A stretch of DNA of 64,000 nt from Candidatus Hodarchaeota archaeon (GCA_048886685.1 JBHLKM010000003.1:192001-256000); one strand, 5' to 3'. Counted from the first letter of the stretch, positions 52,107 to 62,859 are shown. Numbers and translations: made by a program. The notes: generated from the letters alone by a model not told the origin.

Positions 52107-53414
52107 TTAATGCGTTTCAGGGATTAAAATAATAATCTTAGTACCTTTCTTGTAATCTCCTTTAGCTCTATCTTCAGCCCATACTTTGCCATTAAAACTT
52201 TGAATAACTTCTCTTACAAGTAATAAACCTAACCCAATTCTCTTAAAACTTTTCGCTTTCTCATAAATTTTATAAAAAATATTTTCCTTCATTTTCTCTG
52301 GTATTCCAGAACCATTATCTATGAATTCCATTCTTATATAATTAATTTCCTCCTCCTGTTCACGAAAAATATTTATTATGACTTGCACTTCAGGGTTATC
52401 ATTATACCGAATTGAATTATTTAAGATTATTCGAAAAACATCATATAAAATTTCACTAGCCTTTACAATATAAGTTTCTTCCTTGGGATCGAAAGTAATA
52501 TTAACAATTTTATCAGGAAATCTCGTTTTATTATATTCTATAGCTTTTTTTAAGATTTCATTTACGTTTATGGGTGTATTCCTAATTTTCCCTAATTCTA
52601 AATCGGAAAGTTTCCTTACATTAATCCCGAGTTCTGCACCCCTATTCACTTGAGTTTTCGCAAGGTTTAACAGTTCTTTAATGTCCTCCTTAACATTATG
52701 CTTAGCACATTCCTGAGAAATAATTTCTAAAGAGAATTCTAAATTTTGTAGGATATTATTAATATCATGCACAAAGAGATCTTTATAAAATTCTGCTCTA
52801 TTGTATGCTAACCGATATTTACTTTCAGATCTTACTATCCTTTCTTCAATTATAGCGACTATGCCTGTAATTAACAATACTGTAGCCATAAGAACTCTTG
52901 AAAACTCTAATAATTCATCTCCATAAGCATACCCTTGATCTCTAAGCATGCTTGCTAATATTTGAAATAATCCTGTACTTAGTATGAAACACATAAATGC
53001 ATGAATTGGGGTTTTTTTTTTCAAATATATCCTTATGATTAGGAACATTGCAATAAATAATAATAATGCAATTGCTATTTGTAATACTAATGAAGTAAAT
53101 TTTTGTTGGAAAAGGAAAAAAATCATAGGAACAAATGCTTTCTTCTTGGATTTTGAAAATGTCCTATAATATTCATGAGACACTGCAATTACAAATAATA
53201 AGACAGTCAAAGCTGAGAAACTGATACTTATTATTTCGGAAGTATCATACTGTTCTTGAGAGAGTAATCTGAAAACTTCAGATAACGTAGCACTAATATA
53301 TGCAGATAGCCATGAGAATAAATCTTTTCTTTTGAAACACACCAAAGCAAACAATAAAGTTGCGATGAAAATAACAATTGTAGTGGATAAATTCATCACA
53401 AAAAATTCTTTCAA
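52107..53414 (-). CDS. membrane sensor histidine kinase
   Basis: Multi-TM N-terminus, HDINN H-box, N box, DNGSGI, GLGL. Confidence 0.9.
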   Translation of the reverse strand: MKEFFVMNLSTTIVIFIATLLFALVCFKRKDLFSWLSAYISATLSEVFRLLSQEQYDTSEIISISFSALTVLLFVIAVSHEYYRTFSKSKKKAFVPMIFFLFQQKFTSLVLQIAIALLLFIAMFLIIRIYLKKKTPIHAFMCFILSTGLFQILASMLRDQGYAYGDELLEFSRVLMATVLLITGIVAIIEERIVRSESKYRLAYNRAEFYKDLFVHDINNILQNLEFSLEIISQECAKHNVKEDIKELLNLAKTQVNRGAELGINVRKLSDLELGKIRNTPINVNEILKKAIEYNKTRFPDKIVNITFDPKEETYIVKASEILYDVFRIILNNSIRYNDNPEVQVIINIFREQEEEINYIRMEFIDNGSGIPEKMKENIFYKIYEKAKSFKRIGLGLLLVREVIQSFNGKVWAEDRAKGDYKKGTKIIILIPETH

Positions 53415-53619
53415 CTCTAAAACCTTAATTCCTCGTAAATTTAATGGTTAAAATATTAATAGAGTTGACTATTTTAAATTTACCCTTGTGTTACCATAAT
53501 GAGAAATTACTAAAAAATGACAATTTATAGCTTAGATTCATAAAATTTTTATGATTTCGTATACTTTCTTTTTCATTATACTTAGATAGAAAATTAGTAA
53601 AAAACAAAGTGAAATTTTC

Positions 53620-55872
53620 ATGGTTAAAGTTAAGAACCCAGAGGAAATAGCTCAATTGGTAACCTCTGGATCATATGATAAAAAGAGAATATTTTCGATC
53701 ACCGCCCACATCGATCACGGTAAAACTACAGCTACAGATTATCTATTAAGACGTGCGGGTCTTATGCGACCCGAAGATGCAGGTCAACTTCAAATGACAG
53801 ACTCAGATGACGAAGAGCAAGAAAGAGGCATTACTATTTTTACAAGTGTAGTTCTCCTTGCATTTAATGACCCAAGAAAGCCAGATGATCTTGAACCCTA
53901 TATCATTCAATTAAATGATACTCCGGGACACATTAGTTTTACAGGAGAGGTGTCAAGAGCACTCAGAGGAAGCGATGGTGCAATAATTTTAGTGGATGCC
54001 CTTGAAGGTGTTATGACTCAGACAGAAACTAATATTCGCCTATCCGTTGGAGAGGAACTTTGCAAACCTGTCTTATTTATTAATAAGGTTGACAGATTAA
54101 TAAGTGAACTAAAGTTGAGTCCTCAAGAAACATTTGCTAAAATAGATAAAATTACACGAGAAGTTAATGATCTAATTAAAAAAGTTCGACCTGAAGGTTC
54201 GGATTGGTCAATTGATTTTGCGAAGAATTCAGTAGCTGTTGGTTCAGCGAAGCATGGTTGGGGTTTTACTTATGAAATTCTACTGGAAAAAGGTTTAAAA
54301 CCTCAGGATGTTTTTGCGAAATATAACGAAGGAGATATACAATGGTTAAGAGATAATTTGCCATTAGATGAACCAATGTTAAGAATGATTGTAGATCACC
54401 TTCCAGATCCTATTTCTGCTGCTAAATATAGAATACCTCATATCTGGGGAGGTGACCTGAGTACGGAACTAGGACAATCTTTACAGAAGAGTGACCCGAA
54501 TGGGCCGCTTTATGGAATGATAACTAAGATTTTCTTAGATCCTAAGAGGAACTATCAAGCTACCTTGATTGGGAGAGTTTTCAGTGGCATATTTGACCAG
54601 ACAGATTCGATTTATTTAATTAATAGTGATTCAAGCAATCGTGTAAAGAGACTTGGTGTCATGGAGATAACTGATATCTTAGATATTCCCAAAATTCCTG
54701 CAGGAAATCTTTTTGCATTGTTTGGTTTTGTATGTCCTGCTGGTGAAACATTTATGCTTACAAATGATGTTCCTAAAGATAAAGAAGAAAAGAAAATGTT
54801 GCATCCATTTGAAAAAATTCAATATGCCTGTGAGGCTGTTGTATCAAGAAGTATTAAGCCAAAGGATCCACATGAAATTGATAAATTAGATGAAGTAGTA
54901 GGAAAATGGCTAAAAGCGAACCCAGAAGCAGAATATCGAAGAGATGATGAATCTGGTGAATTCATTTTAAGTGGCATCGATCCACTTCAGATAGAAATCC
55001 TGACAAAAAGGATTAATAATCAAGTACAAATTAACATTGGAGAACCAATTATCATTTATAGAGAGAAAATTACTAAAAAGAGTCCTGAGTATTATACAAA
55101 ATCTGCAAATACTCATAATCGTATCTTGTTATACATAGAACCATTAGATGAGACTACAGAAAGATTGATTGAAACAGGAAAAGTTAATGATTTACAAAAT
55201 GAAAAGGATAGAGCTCAAATTCTCCGTGAAGATGCAGGATGGGATGCAAAAGAAGCAAGACGTATAGTTGATGTCTATCATGGAAGTGTTCTGGTTAATG
55301 GAACTACAGGATTACAAAGATTTGATCGTGTGAGATCTTACTTGAGTGCTGCTTTTAGGGATTGGCTTGGCAATTGTATTATAGCAAAAGAACCTGCAGC
55401 CGGAGTAAAAGTGGTTTTTACAGATATGACCATACACGAGGATCCCCGGCATACGCAATATGGACAGATTGCTGGAATGGCCTTTTCTGCCTTGTCTTTA
55501 GCAATGTTAGATGCAGAACCTCATCTATATGAACCAGTACAAAAAATTGATATAAAAACACCACAAGGAACGGAAGGAGGAGTCACCACGATTATAACCA
55601 AGCGTAGAGGTAGAATAACAAATGTCATTCCTGAAGGTGAATATGTGAGAATTCAAGGTCAAATTCCTGCTGCCGAGACAATTGGAATAGCTGACGATAT
55701 TAGAGGCTCAACCCAAGGACGTGCGTTTTTCGGCTATGAGTTCAAAGGTTTCGAAAAGGTTCCTGCTTCTTTAGAGGAAGATCTTGTAATGGAAATCCGT
55801 AAACGCAAAGCTATGCCTCTAGAAATGCCAAACAGAAAGAGCTGGGAACGTTTTATTTACAAACGTACCTAA
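53620..55872 (+). CDS. elongation factor 2 homolog lacking the diphthamide HRG motif (probable aEF-2p paralog)
   Basis: AHIDHGKTT, EQERGITI, DTPGH, NKVD; HEDPRHTQYGQ in place of HED..HRG..Q. Confidence 0.88.
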   Translation: MVKVKNPEEIAQLVTSGSYDKKRIFSITAHIDHGKTTATDYLLRRAGLMRPEDAGQLQMTDSDDEEQERGITIFTSVVLLAFNDPRKPDDLEPYIIQLNDTPGHISFTGEVSRALRGSDGAIILVDALEGVMTQTETNIRLSVGEELCKPVLFINKVDRLISELKLSPQETFAKIDKITREVNDLIKKVRPEGSDWSIDFAKNSVAVGSAKHGWGFTYEILLEKGLKPQDVFAKYNEGDIQWLRDNLPLDEPMLRMIVDHLPDPISAAKYRIPHIWGGDLSTELGQSLQKSDPNGPLYGMITKIFLDPKRNYQATLIGRVFSGIFDQTDSIYLINSDSSNRVKRLGVMEITDILDIPKIPAGNLFALFGFVCPAGETFMLTNDVPKDKEEKKMLHPFEKIQYACEAVVSRSIKPKDPHEIDKLDEVVGKWLKANPEAEYRRDDESGEFILSGIDPLQIEILTKRINNQVQINIGEPIIIYREKITKKSPEYYTKSANTHNRILLYIEPLDETTERLIETGKVNDLQNEKDRAQILREDAGWDAKEARRIVDVYHGSVLVNGTTGLQRFDRVRSYLSAAFRDWLGNCIIAKEPAAGVKVVFTDMTIHEDPRHTQYGQIAGMAFSALSLAMLDAEPHLYEPVQKIDIKTPQGTEGGVTTIITKRRGRITNVIPEGEYVRIQGQIPAAETIGIADDIRGSTQGRAFFGYEFKGFEKVPASLEEDLVMEIRKRKAMPLEMPNRKSWERFIYKRT

Positions 55873-55976
55873 TAAATTAAATTTTTTTGATTAATTTATT
55901 TTTCAGACTTTAATTTAGAATTAATTAAATAAATTCAGATTCTTCCATATAAAAAACAAAAATTTAAATACTCCCT

Positions 55977-56546
55977 TTAAGAAAAGCTCGGAATTTTGGC
56001 AATCATATATAATTTTCTAACAAGAGCTTTAAAGGCATCAGTTACGCCTTGACCTGTTAGCGCACTTGTTTTATAATAACCAATGAACCTATTATCTTTC
56101 GTAAATTGACCCACATTATCATCTGATCTTGGATTATCTGGATTCTCAGTTAATCCTCCATCAATAACTAAATCAACTTTATTTCCAAATAAAACAATCG
56201 GAATGTTTCCACAATGTTTCTTGAGATCAGCAAGCCATTTACTTACATGATTATAGCTTTCTGCTTGTTCAGGTGCATGAGAAAAAACTATGATCACTCC
56301 ACTACTACCAGTATAGAATCTTTTGCGTAATGCTTCAAATGAATCCTGACCAGCTATATCCCAAAGATACAATTCAACTTTCTCTCCATCAATTATTTCT
56401 TCATATTTAGAAAATTGGGTTCCTAAAGTTGCAATATATTCATTCTGAAAAGAATCTTGAGTGTATTTTTTAATTAATGAAGTTTTACCTACTGCACCAT
56501 CTCCGATCACCGTTATTTTAAATCCATAACCTGTTCCATTACTCAA
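55977..56546 (-). CDS. Rab/Ras-like small GTPase
   Basis: GDGAVGKTS, TLG, WDIAGQ, GNKVD, TSA. Confidence 0.92.
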   Translation of the reverse strand: MSNGTGYGFKITVIGDGAVGKTSLIKKYTQDSFQNEYIATLGTQFSKYEEIIDGEKVELYLWDIAGQDSFEALRKRFYTGSSGVIIVFSHAPEQAESYNHVSKWLADLKKHCGNIPIVLFGNKVDLVIDGGLTENPDNPRSDDNVGQFTKDNRFIGYYKTSALTGQGVTDAFKALVRKLYMIAKIPSFS

Positions 56547-56727
56547 CTTATGTACCCACCATTTTGTTTTAATTTCCCTTTCTTTGCTAGTAAAACTAAG
56601 ACATTTTAAATTTTTACAAAAGAATATTCAATTAAACTACGATATACTAAATTGAATAGCCAATATTAAAAGATTATAATATCAATATATGGTAGAAAAA
56701 CGATTAAAGCTAAGAAGAGAAATTATT

Positions 56728-57279
56728 TTATATTGTAGCTCTTTGATATAGTTTGAACACTAATGCTTGAAATGCTTCTTTTACATCTTGACCTGTTAAA
56801 GCACTAGTTTTATAATATTTAATAATTTTATTATCTTGGGCAAATTGATTTACATGAACATCTGAAGTTGCATAATTTGGGCTTGTTGCTAATGCATTTT
56901 GGTCTACTAAATCAGCCTTGTTTCCAAATAATATAGTAGGAATATTCCCACAAGCTTCTTTTATATTTGAGAGCCATTTAGTAACATGGTTATAAGTTTC
57001 AATTTCTTCAGGAGAAAGGGAAAAAACGACAATAGCACCACTACTTCCTGTATAAAACCTGTCACGTAGAGTGCTAAATGACTCTTGACCCGCTAAATCC
57101 CATAAAAATAATTCTACCTTCTCCTCTGCTACATTCTCCTCATATTTCGAAAATTGCATACCTAATGTTGAAATATAATCTTTTTCAAAAGAATTTGTTG
57201 TATATCTTCTGATTAGCGAAGTTTTCCCAACCGCAGCATCACCCACAACCACAATCTTAAATTTGAAAGCATCACTCAA
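56728..57279 (-). CDS. Rab/Ras-like small GTPase, tandem paralog
   Basis: GDAAVGKTS, WDLAGQ, GNKAD, TSA; probable TTG start 57279 downstream of GGTGA. Confidence 0.92.
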   Translation of the reverse strand: MSDAFKFKIVVVGDAAVGKTSLIRRYTTNSFEKDYISTLGMQFSKYEENVAEEKVELFLWDLAGQESFSTLRDRFYTGSSGAIVVFSLSPEEIETYNHVTKWLSNIKEACGNIPTILFGNKADLVDQNALATSPNYATSDVHVNQFAQDNKIIKYYKTSALTGQDVKEAFQALVFKLYQRATI

Positions 57280-57440
57280 ATGATTCACCACTTATTTCAT
57301 TATCTATTTCCTAAATAGTAAAAATGAGCTATTTTAAATTTTTACAATAAAATAATCCTGAAAAATTTTCTAGAATAACTATAAACATTCGGGATAAAAA
57401 ATGCATATCGTATTGCTTAAATACAAATGTATCAAAAAGA

Positions 57441-58157
57441 TTAATCAGCACCAAAAAGTTCAATTAATTCTTCTGTGTTGTCAACTAATATATCTGGATA
57501 ATGTTCTAGGAGAGTTTCTTTTTTGGCAAGACCAGAAGCGACGCACACCATTTTTACATTTGCAGATTTTCCCGCGTCTATATCAGTTGTCATATCTCCT
57601 ATGAAAATTGTTTCTGATGGCTTTATTTTCCATTTATCTAAAATTTTCAATATTCCTTCTGGACTTGGTTTCACTTCTGAAACTTCATTAAATCCTATAA
57701 TAGTATCAAAAAATTTGGTCAAATTAAATTTTTCTAAAACTTCTTCAGCATATTGGCTTTTATTGTTTGTTAAAATTGCTAATCTTAGTTTTTTATCATG
57801 AATTTTTTTAATTAAATTATCTATCCCATCATAAATCGAAGATTCAGCGTCTTTATACTTATTGAATTGGTTAAATAAAAAGATAGCAATACGTAATTTT
57901 TTAAAAAAACTTAATCCTTCTAAGAACTGTACCTGTAACAAATCATATGAATTAAGAAGAATTTTTGGGACGGGATAATTTTGGATTTCCTCAATTAAAT
58001 GTGCGAGTTCTTCCATTATATCTTCTGTATTTACATTCATTTCATACTTTTCTACTGAATCATCGACTGCTTTTTCTATTGCTTCAGAAATATTAAAAAT
58101 CACACCATCCATATCAAAAATGATTCCCTTATAATTTTCTAAGTTAATTTTTTCCAT
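57441..58157 (-). CDS. HAD family hydrolase (phosphoglycolate phosphatase-like)
   Basis: FDMDGV, TN, KP.PE, IGD...D. Confidence 0.9.
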   Translation of the reverse strand: MEKINLENYKGIIFDMDGVIFNISEAIEKAVDDSVEKYEMNVNTEDIMEELAHLIEEIQNYPVPKILLNSYDLLQVQFLEGLSFFKKLRIAIFLFNQFNKYKDAESSIYDGIDNLIKKIHDKKLRLAILTNNKSQYAEEVLEKFNLTKFFDTIIGFNEVSEVKPSPEGILKILDKWKIKPSETIFIGDMTTDIDAGKSANVKMVCVASGLAKKETLLEHYPDILVDNTEELIELFGAD

Positions 58158-58259
58158 GCTAAAGTGAATAAATATTTAGAACAATTTTAATTATACGAAT
58201 GGCAATATTTTATTTAAACAAGTATCAACTATTATATTAACTAAACTTCTCAGTTTAAA

Positions 58260-59144
58260 ATGAATGACAACAAAGAAGGAGAGAAGGAAACATTTGAAGA
58301 AGAGGAGGAAGAATTAGAAGACGACGATTTAAAAGTTTACTTAGAAGAAATGAAGGCATTAGAGACAGATTTTTCTGATTTAGAGGATTTAGACATGGAA
58401 GAACTTCAAGAAATACAAGACGCCATTGCTCTTGTGAAAGAAAGCGAGGAACCATCAGAAATTGAAGTAATTGATGAAATATTAACTGAAGATGGAATTA
58501 TGGATGAGTTAAAGGAAGAAAGAGAATTTAGGGAAGCAATGGTTACTGACTTTTCAGATATGGATGAAATCGAATTTGAAGAATTAAAAGATATGCAAGA
58601 TGCAATCCAATCAGTTAAACAAGAGGAAATGAAAGCTGTTGTTGAAGGAGAGGCTGAAATCCAACCAACCCAAGAAGTTTCTAGAGAATTAGAGGAGAGA
58701 ATTAAGCAAGAACTCTTAAAAAGAAAAGAAGTTGAGGAAAAAGTCATTACACCAGAGAAATTTCTAGATTACATTAAAAATAAACGGGATAAAATTTGGT
58801 ATCATGCCCTCTACTATCTTGTTTTTAATGTTGAGGATCACATTGCTTCAAAGATGTTATTATACGATGTTTTAAAAGAAGTGACTAGTAAATCGCCTAT
58901 TGATCCAATTCCAGAACACCAATTTTATTTTGGATTGGGTTATATTTTACGACTAAGTCTGAATAATAAACAAGTTGTAAGATTTTTGAAGGATGGGAAG
59001 TTTAAGATTAATATCAATGTGGATAATTTAAAAGAAATGTTAGAGATAGCGGGAGAACCTATAAGTACACGTCCAATTATAAAGGAAGAAGAAAAGAAAA
59101 AAATGTATATGGATTTTCTTAAGGAAGATTTTTTTAATATCTGA
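58260..59144 (+). CDS. hypothetical protein, acidic N-terminal region with internal repeat
   Basis: 294-aa ORF, D/E-rich N-half, globular C-half. Confidence 0.75.
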   Translation: MNDNKEGEKETFEEEEEELEDDDLKVYLEEMKALETDFSDLEDLDMEELQEIQDAIALVKESEEPSEIEVIDEILTEDGIMDELKEEREFREAMVTDFSDMDEIEFEELKDMQDAIQSVKQEEMKAVVEGEAEIQPTQEVSRELEERIKQELLKRKEVEEKVITPEKFLDYIKNKRDKIWYHALYYLVFNVEDHIASKMLLYDVLKEVTSKSPIDPIPEHQFYFGLGYILRLSLNNKQVVRFLKDGKFKININVDNLKEMLEIAGEPISTRPIIKEEEKKKMYMDFLKEDFFNI

Positions 59145-59169
59145 ATTTTTATGATTCTTGATAATTTAA

Positions 59170-59811
59170 ATGAAAATGAGTGAAAAACCTTCTTTATTAA
59201 TTATAGGAAATTCAAATGTAGGTAAAAGCTCTATTACAAAATTAATACTGCCGAACCCTAAGATGTTCAAAGGTAAAATTGGGAAATCCCCTGGTAGCAC
59301 CTTATTGATAAAACCAATAACCCAACCCAATTTAGCCTATAAAATAATTGATCTCCCTGGTTTTGGATACACCAAACATTCAAGTCACAGACGACAAGAA
59401 CACATAAAAAAACAGATTATTATCCATATTGAAAAGCATTATGAAGACTACTTTTTTGGATTAGTTGTATTAAATATTGTAAGGATTGAAGATGAAATCA
59501 ACAAGTATTTCATTAAGGATAAAAAAACTATTCCATTGAGTTTTGAACTCATTCAATTTTTAAATGGGTTTAGAATCCCAATTTTAATCATTTTAAATAA
59601 AATTGATAAGCTCTCCAATTTTGATAAAGAAAGAATTATTAGCTTGCTTTTAAAGGCTGCTAAGGAATATAATCTTAATTTAATCCATTTAAATAACTAT
59701 GATTATAAAACTAGCTTTAAAATCCCTTATCTAGAATTTTCAGCATTGAAGAAAATTAATTTAAAAGGTTTGAAAACAGCTATTCAACACTTTTTAAAGA
59801 AAAAACTATAA
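59170..59811 (+). CDS. EngB/YihA-like GTP-binding protein
   Basis: GNSNVGKSS, PGST, DLPGFG, NKID, SA. Confidence 0.88.
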   Translation: MKMSEKPSLLIIGNSNVGKSSITKLILPNPKMFKGKIGKSPGSTLLIKPITQPNLAYKIIDLPGFGYTKHSSHRRQEHIKKQIIIHIEKHYEDYFFGLVVLNIVRIEDEINKYFIKDKKTIPLSFELIQFLNGFRIPILIILNKIDKLSNFDKERIISLLLKAAKEYNLNLIHLNNYDYKTSFKIPYLEFSALKKINLKGLKTAIQHFLKKKL

Positions 59812-60420
59812 TTTTTTTAGTTTTAAGTGATTAGAGATAATATTTTTCAGTTCAGAATATTCTGAAACAACTGGAAATTGGGGGAACTCTTTCTTTACAT
59901 TTGCAGAAGGTCTAAATAAGATTCCGAAATCTGCTTCCATTAACATTCTAATATCATTGTAAGAATCTCCTACTGCAATTACATTGTACTTCAATTTTTT
60001 CAGTGCTTTGACAGTCTTCTTTTTCATATCTTTAAGTCTCAAAATATAGTTAACAATCATGCCTGTGTTGTCTATTTTGAGATTGTTGCAGAATATTAAG
60101 GGATAATTTAGTTTCTTTGCAAATGGCTGAACAAACTCTACAAAACTGCCAGTTGCAATTATTACCTGCACGTTGGATCTAAGCCAATCTAAAAATTCAA
60201 GGGCTCCTGGCAAAAGATCAATTTCTGTTATTATTTCTTGGATATCATTTAAGGTAATATTATTATTTCTGAGAATATTCAACCTTTGCTTCATAAGTGC
60301 ATCATAATCAGCTATATCTCTAGTGGTTAACTTCAATTTTTCAATCCCAGAAGCAGCAGCAACAGCCTCCCATATTTCAGGAGTGAGAACACCTTCTAAA
60401 TCTAAACAAATAACATACAT
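59806..60420 (-). CDS. thrH: phosphoserine phosphatase / homoserine phosphotransferase ThrH
   Basis: CLDLEGVL.PEIW, TTRDI.DYD.LM, GDSYND. Confidence 0.9.
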   Translation of the reverse strand: MYVICLDLEGVLTPEIWEAVAAASGIEKLKLTTRDIADYDALMKQRLNILRNNNITLNDIQEIITEIDLLPGALEFLDWLRSNVQVIIATGSFVEFVQPFAKKLNYPLIFCNNLKIDNTGMIVNYILRLKDMKKKTVKALKKLKYNVIAVGDSYNDIRMLMEADFGILFRPSANVKKEFPQFPVVSEYSELKNIISNHLKLKKL

Positions 60421-60511
60421 TCCAATATGAATAGGTATGGGATCAATATGAATTTTGTGATCTTATAAGAGTTAATAAGGTCTAAAGAGTGTATTTTCTT
60501 TTAAATGGAGT

Positions 60512-61804
60512 TTATAATTTAGTTATTTTTGGATCCTTTTCTTTATCCCAATTCACAGCAAATAGAAAGTCTCTACTTGCCTGATTTTTATAAATTATAG
60601 GGAATCCACTGATCTCCTCAAATTTAAGTGCAAAATTTTCTAAAAAATCGTAATCAGGAAAATAGTAGTGTAATTCTTTATCACTCTTTAACCGATCTTT
60701 TATAAGTAACGCTTTAGCTTGTAATGTAAAACCTTTTATCTCAAAGAAATTTGGATTTGCTCTCTTGATTATCTTTTTATAATTCTCGATATATTTTTCA
60801 TCAATATTTAAGTTTTTGATAGCTGTTAACCTAATTAAAGATCTACAAGATAATGAATCCAATAACTCTAAACTTTCATTTAATTTATTCCAACCATTTT
60901 TAATCATTGGTCGACAAACTTTTTTATATAATTGCTCATTTGGTGCTGGTAAAGTAATATATAATTGACTTGGTAAAGGATTCAAGTCTGTAATTCTGTC
61001 TGGGAGGGTTCCGTTTGTGACTATAAATGTTGTCATATTACGATCTTTAAATTCTTGTACAAGTTCAGACATCTTTGGATACAATAATGGCTCCCCATCA
61101 AGAGATATTGCAGCATGATTAGGTATCATTGCCTCACTATGAGCCTGCATAATCTCATCTGGAGTGGTTAATGCTCGGTTAATTAAAACTTCTATCTCTT
61201 CTCTTGAATTAATACAACATTGAATATCATCGTCTAGTTCAAATGCAGTGAGTCCATGATTTACATTCTTAACAAAATTTTGATTTTTTAGGAGATTAAT
61301 TGCCCTTTCAATTTTATTTTTTGAAACATGAATTTTATTCGTTAGAGAATCTACGTTATAGACCCCTTTTCGATTCAATAACATATAAAATAAAATGTCA
61401 ATCATTATTTCATAATTATCAAGATATCGCCTTAGAGGTAAATGATTTTGTATGATATCTTGATGATGGCGAAACATTTCATCAACTATATCTTTAGGAT
61501 CATCAGGTTCAACATTAAACTCACTTCCCAGAGATCCAGTTTCTATATCCCGCCAACAGAATACACATTGGTGGTTACAAAATGGTAAAGAAGGAGTATT
61601 TTGTAAACATCTGTGACTTTTTATTCCAAAAACATCCTTATAGCAATTTCGATTATTTCTTCCAGTCATTAATCTCTGTTCTAACCAATGACAAGGTTTA
61701 ATGGAGGTGTGTTTATTTTTTCCTATGATTCTATAAGTAGTTTTTGTATAGGTTTCGATAAATTCATTAGTGATTCTGTTATCAACGATGAACCGTTTTT
61801 TCAT
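60512..61804 (-). CDS. taw1: 4-demethylwyosine synthase Taw1/TYW1 (radical SAM) with internal insertion
   Basis: K.CHW, CYK..FGI.SHRC, CNHQCVFCWR, H.AISL.GEP, VTNGT. Confidence 0.88.
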   Translation of the reverse strand: MKKRFIVDNRITNEFIETYTKTTYRIIGKNKHTSIKPCHWLEQRLMTGRNNRNCYKDVFGIKSHRCLQNTPSLPFCNHQCVFCWRDIETGSLGSEFNVEPDDPKDIVDEMFRHHQDIIQNHLPLRRYLDNYEIMIDILFYMLLNRKGVYNVDSLTNKIHVSKNKIERAINLLKNQNFVKNVNHGLTAFELDDDIQCCINSREEIEVLINRALTTPDEIMQAHSEAMIPNHAAISLDGEPLLYPKMSELVQEFKDRNMTTFIVTNGTLPDRITDLNPLPSQLYITLPAPNEQLYKKVCRPMIKNGWNKLNESLELLDSLSCRSLIRLTAIKNLNIDEKYIENYKKIIKRANPNFFEIKGFTLQAKALLIKDRLKSDKELHYYFPDYDFLENFALKFEEISGFPIIYKNQASRDFLFAVNWDKEKDPKITKL

Positions 61805-61977
61805 TAAACAGCCACTTTTATCGTAAAATTCTCAATACTTTATATAAATAAATGTATTTTATTTAGATATTAAATTATTTTCTTAAAATTTATAAGTATA
61901 TGTATAATTAGCACTAAACTTTTAGAATATAATCAAAACTATTGTTTTAACTAATTACCATAAATAAATGGTTTAAA

Positions 61978-62859
61978 ATGTTAAACAGAATAAAAAGCGA
62001 GCTGTTAAATATAGGATTGAAATTTTTAAGCGTGGATGAGAAAATCGTTCGTATGCTACTTGAGACAAGCCCCTCAAATGTAAATGAAATTGTAATTCTC
62101 CCTGCTATCAAGATTGTGATGAAAAAAATTTTACGAAAATTACAAAATAAGAGGAATTATGGACGAGTGTATAATGGAGAGATAAATAATATAGGGGTAA
62201 GCGTTATTCGCTCTTTAGTAGGCGCCCCAAATTGCGCGATGACCATTGAATGTTTGAAAAGATGTAAAACAAAAATTATAATTAGATTAGATACATGTGG
62301 GGGAATTGAATCACCTAATATGAAAGTTGATATAGGTAATATCTTAATACCTAAACTAGCTTTTTGCGATGAGGGTACAAGTCCTCAATATATTAGAGAA
62401 AACCCTTCTATGGCAAATGATTTAGAGGCCATATCAAATCCATTCACGAAATCTCAAAACCTACTAACTGGGAATCAAACAATATTCATTTCACGTCCTA
62501 ATCTAAATTTAAATGAGATATTATTAAATTCAGGAAATAATCTTTTCCCAAATAAGATTATATCAGGGGATTTATGGACTACTGACGCACTTTTCTGTGA
62601 GAGTTTGGATTTTATCAGAGCATTACAATCAATCAATATTCAGGGTATCGATATGGAATCTTCAATTTTATTCTTGTTAGGTAAACTTTATAATTTAAAA
62701 ACAGCATCCATCCTCTCTGTTTCGGATTTACCCGGTCATCCTAAATATGATTTACTTAATTCAAATGAGATACATCCCGAGATGGAGAATGGAATCGATA
62801 ATGCAATAAAATTATTATTTAACATATTACCAAAGCTTAATTTAATTCTTAAAGCATAA
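61978..62859 (+). CDS. nucleoside phosphorylase family (PNP/UDP) protein
   Basis: GAP, IIR..TCGG, DEGTS..Y, WTTDA, DMES. Confidence 0.8.
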   Translation: MLNRIKSELLNIGLKFLSVDEKIVRMLLETSPSNVNEIVILPAIKIVMKKILRKLQNKRNYGRVYNGEINNIGVSVIRSLVGAPNCAMTIECLKRCKTKIIIRLDTCGGIESPNMKVDIGNILIPKLAFCDEGTSPQYIRENPSMANDLEAISNPFTKSQNLLTGNQTIFISRPNLNLNEILLNSGNNLFPNKIISGDLWTTDALFCESLDFIRALQSINIQGIDMESSILFLLGKLYNLKTASILSVSDLPGHPKYDLLNSNEIHPEMENGIDNAIKLLFNILPKLNLILKA

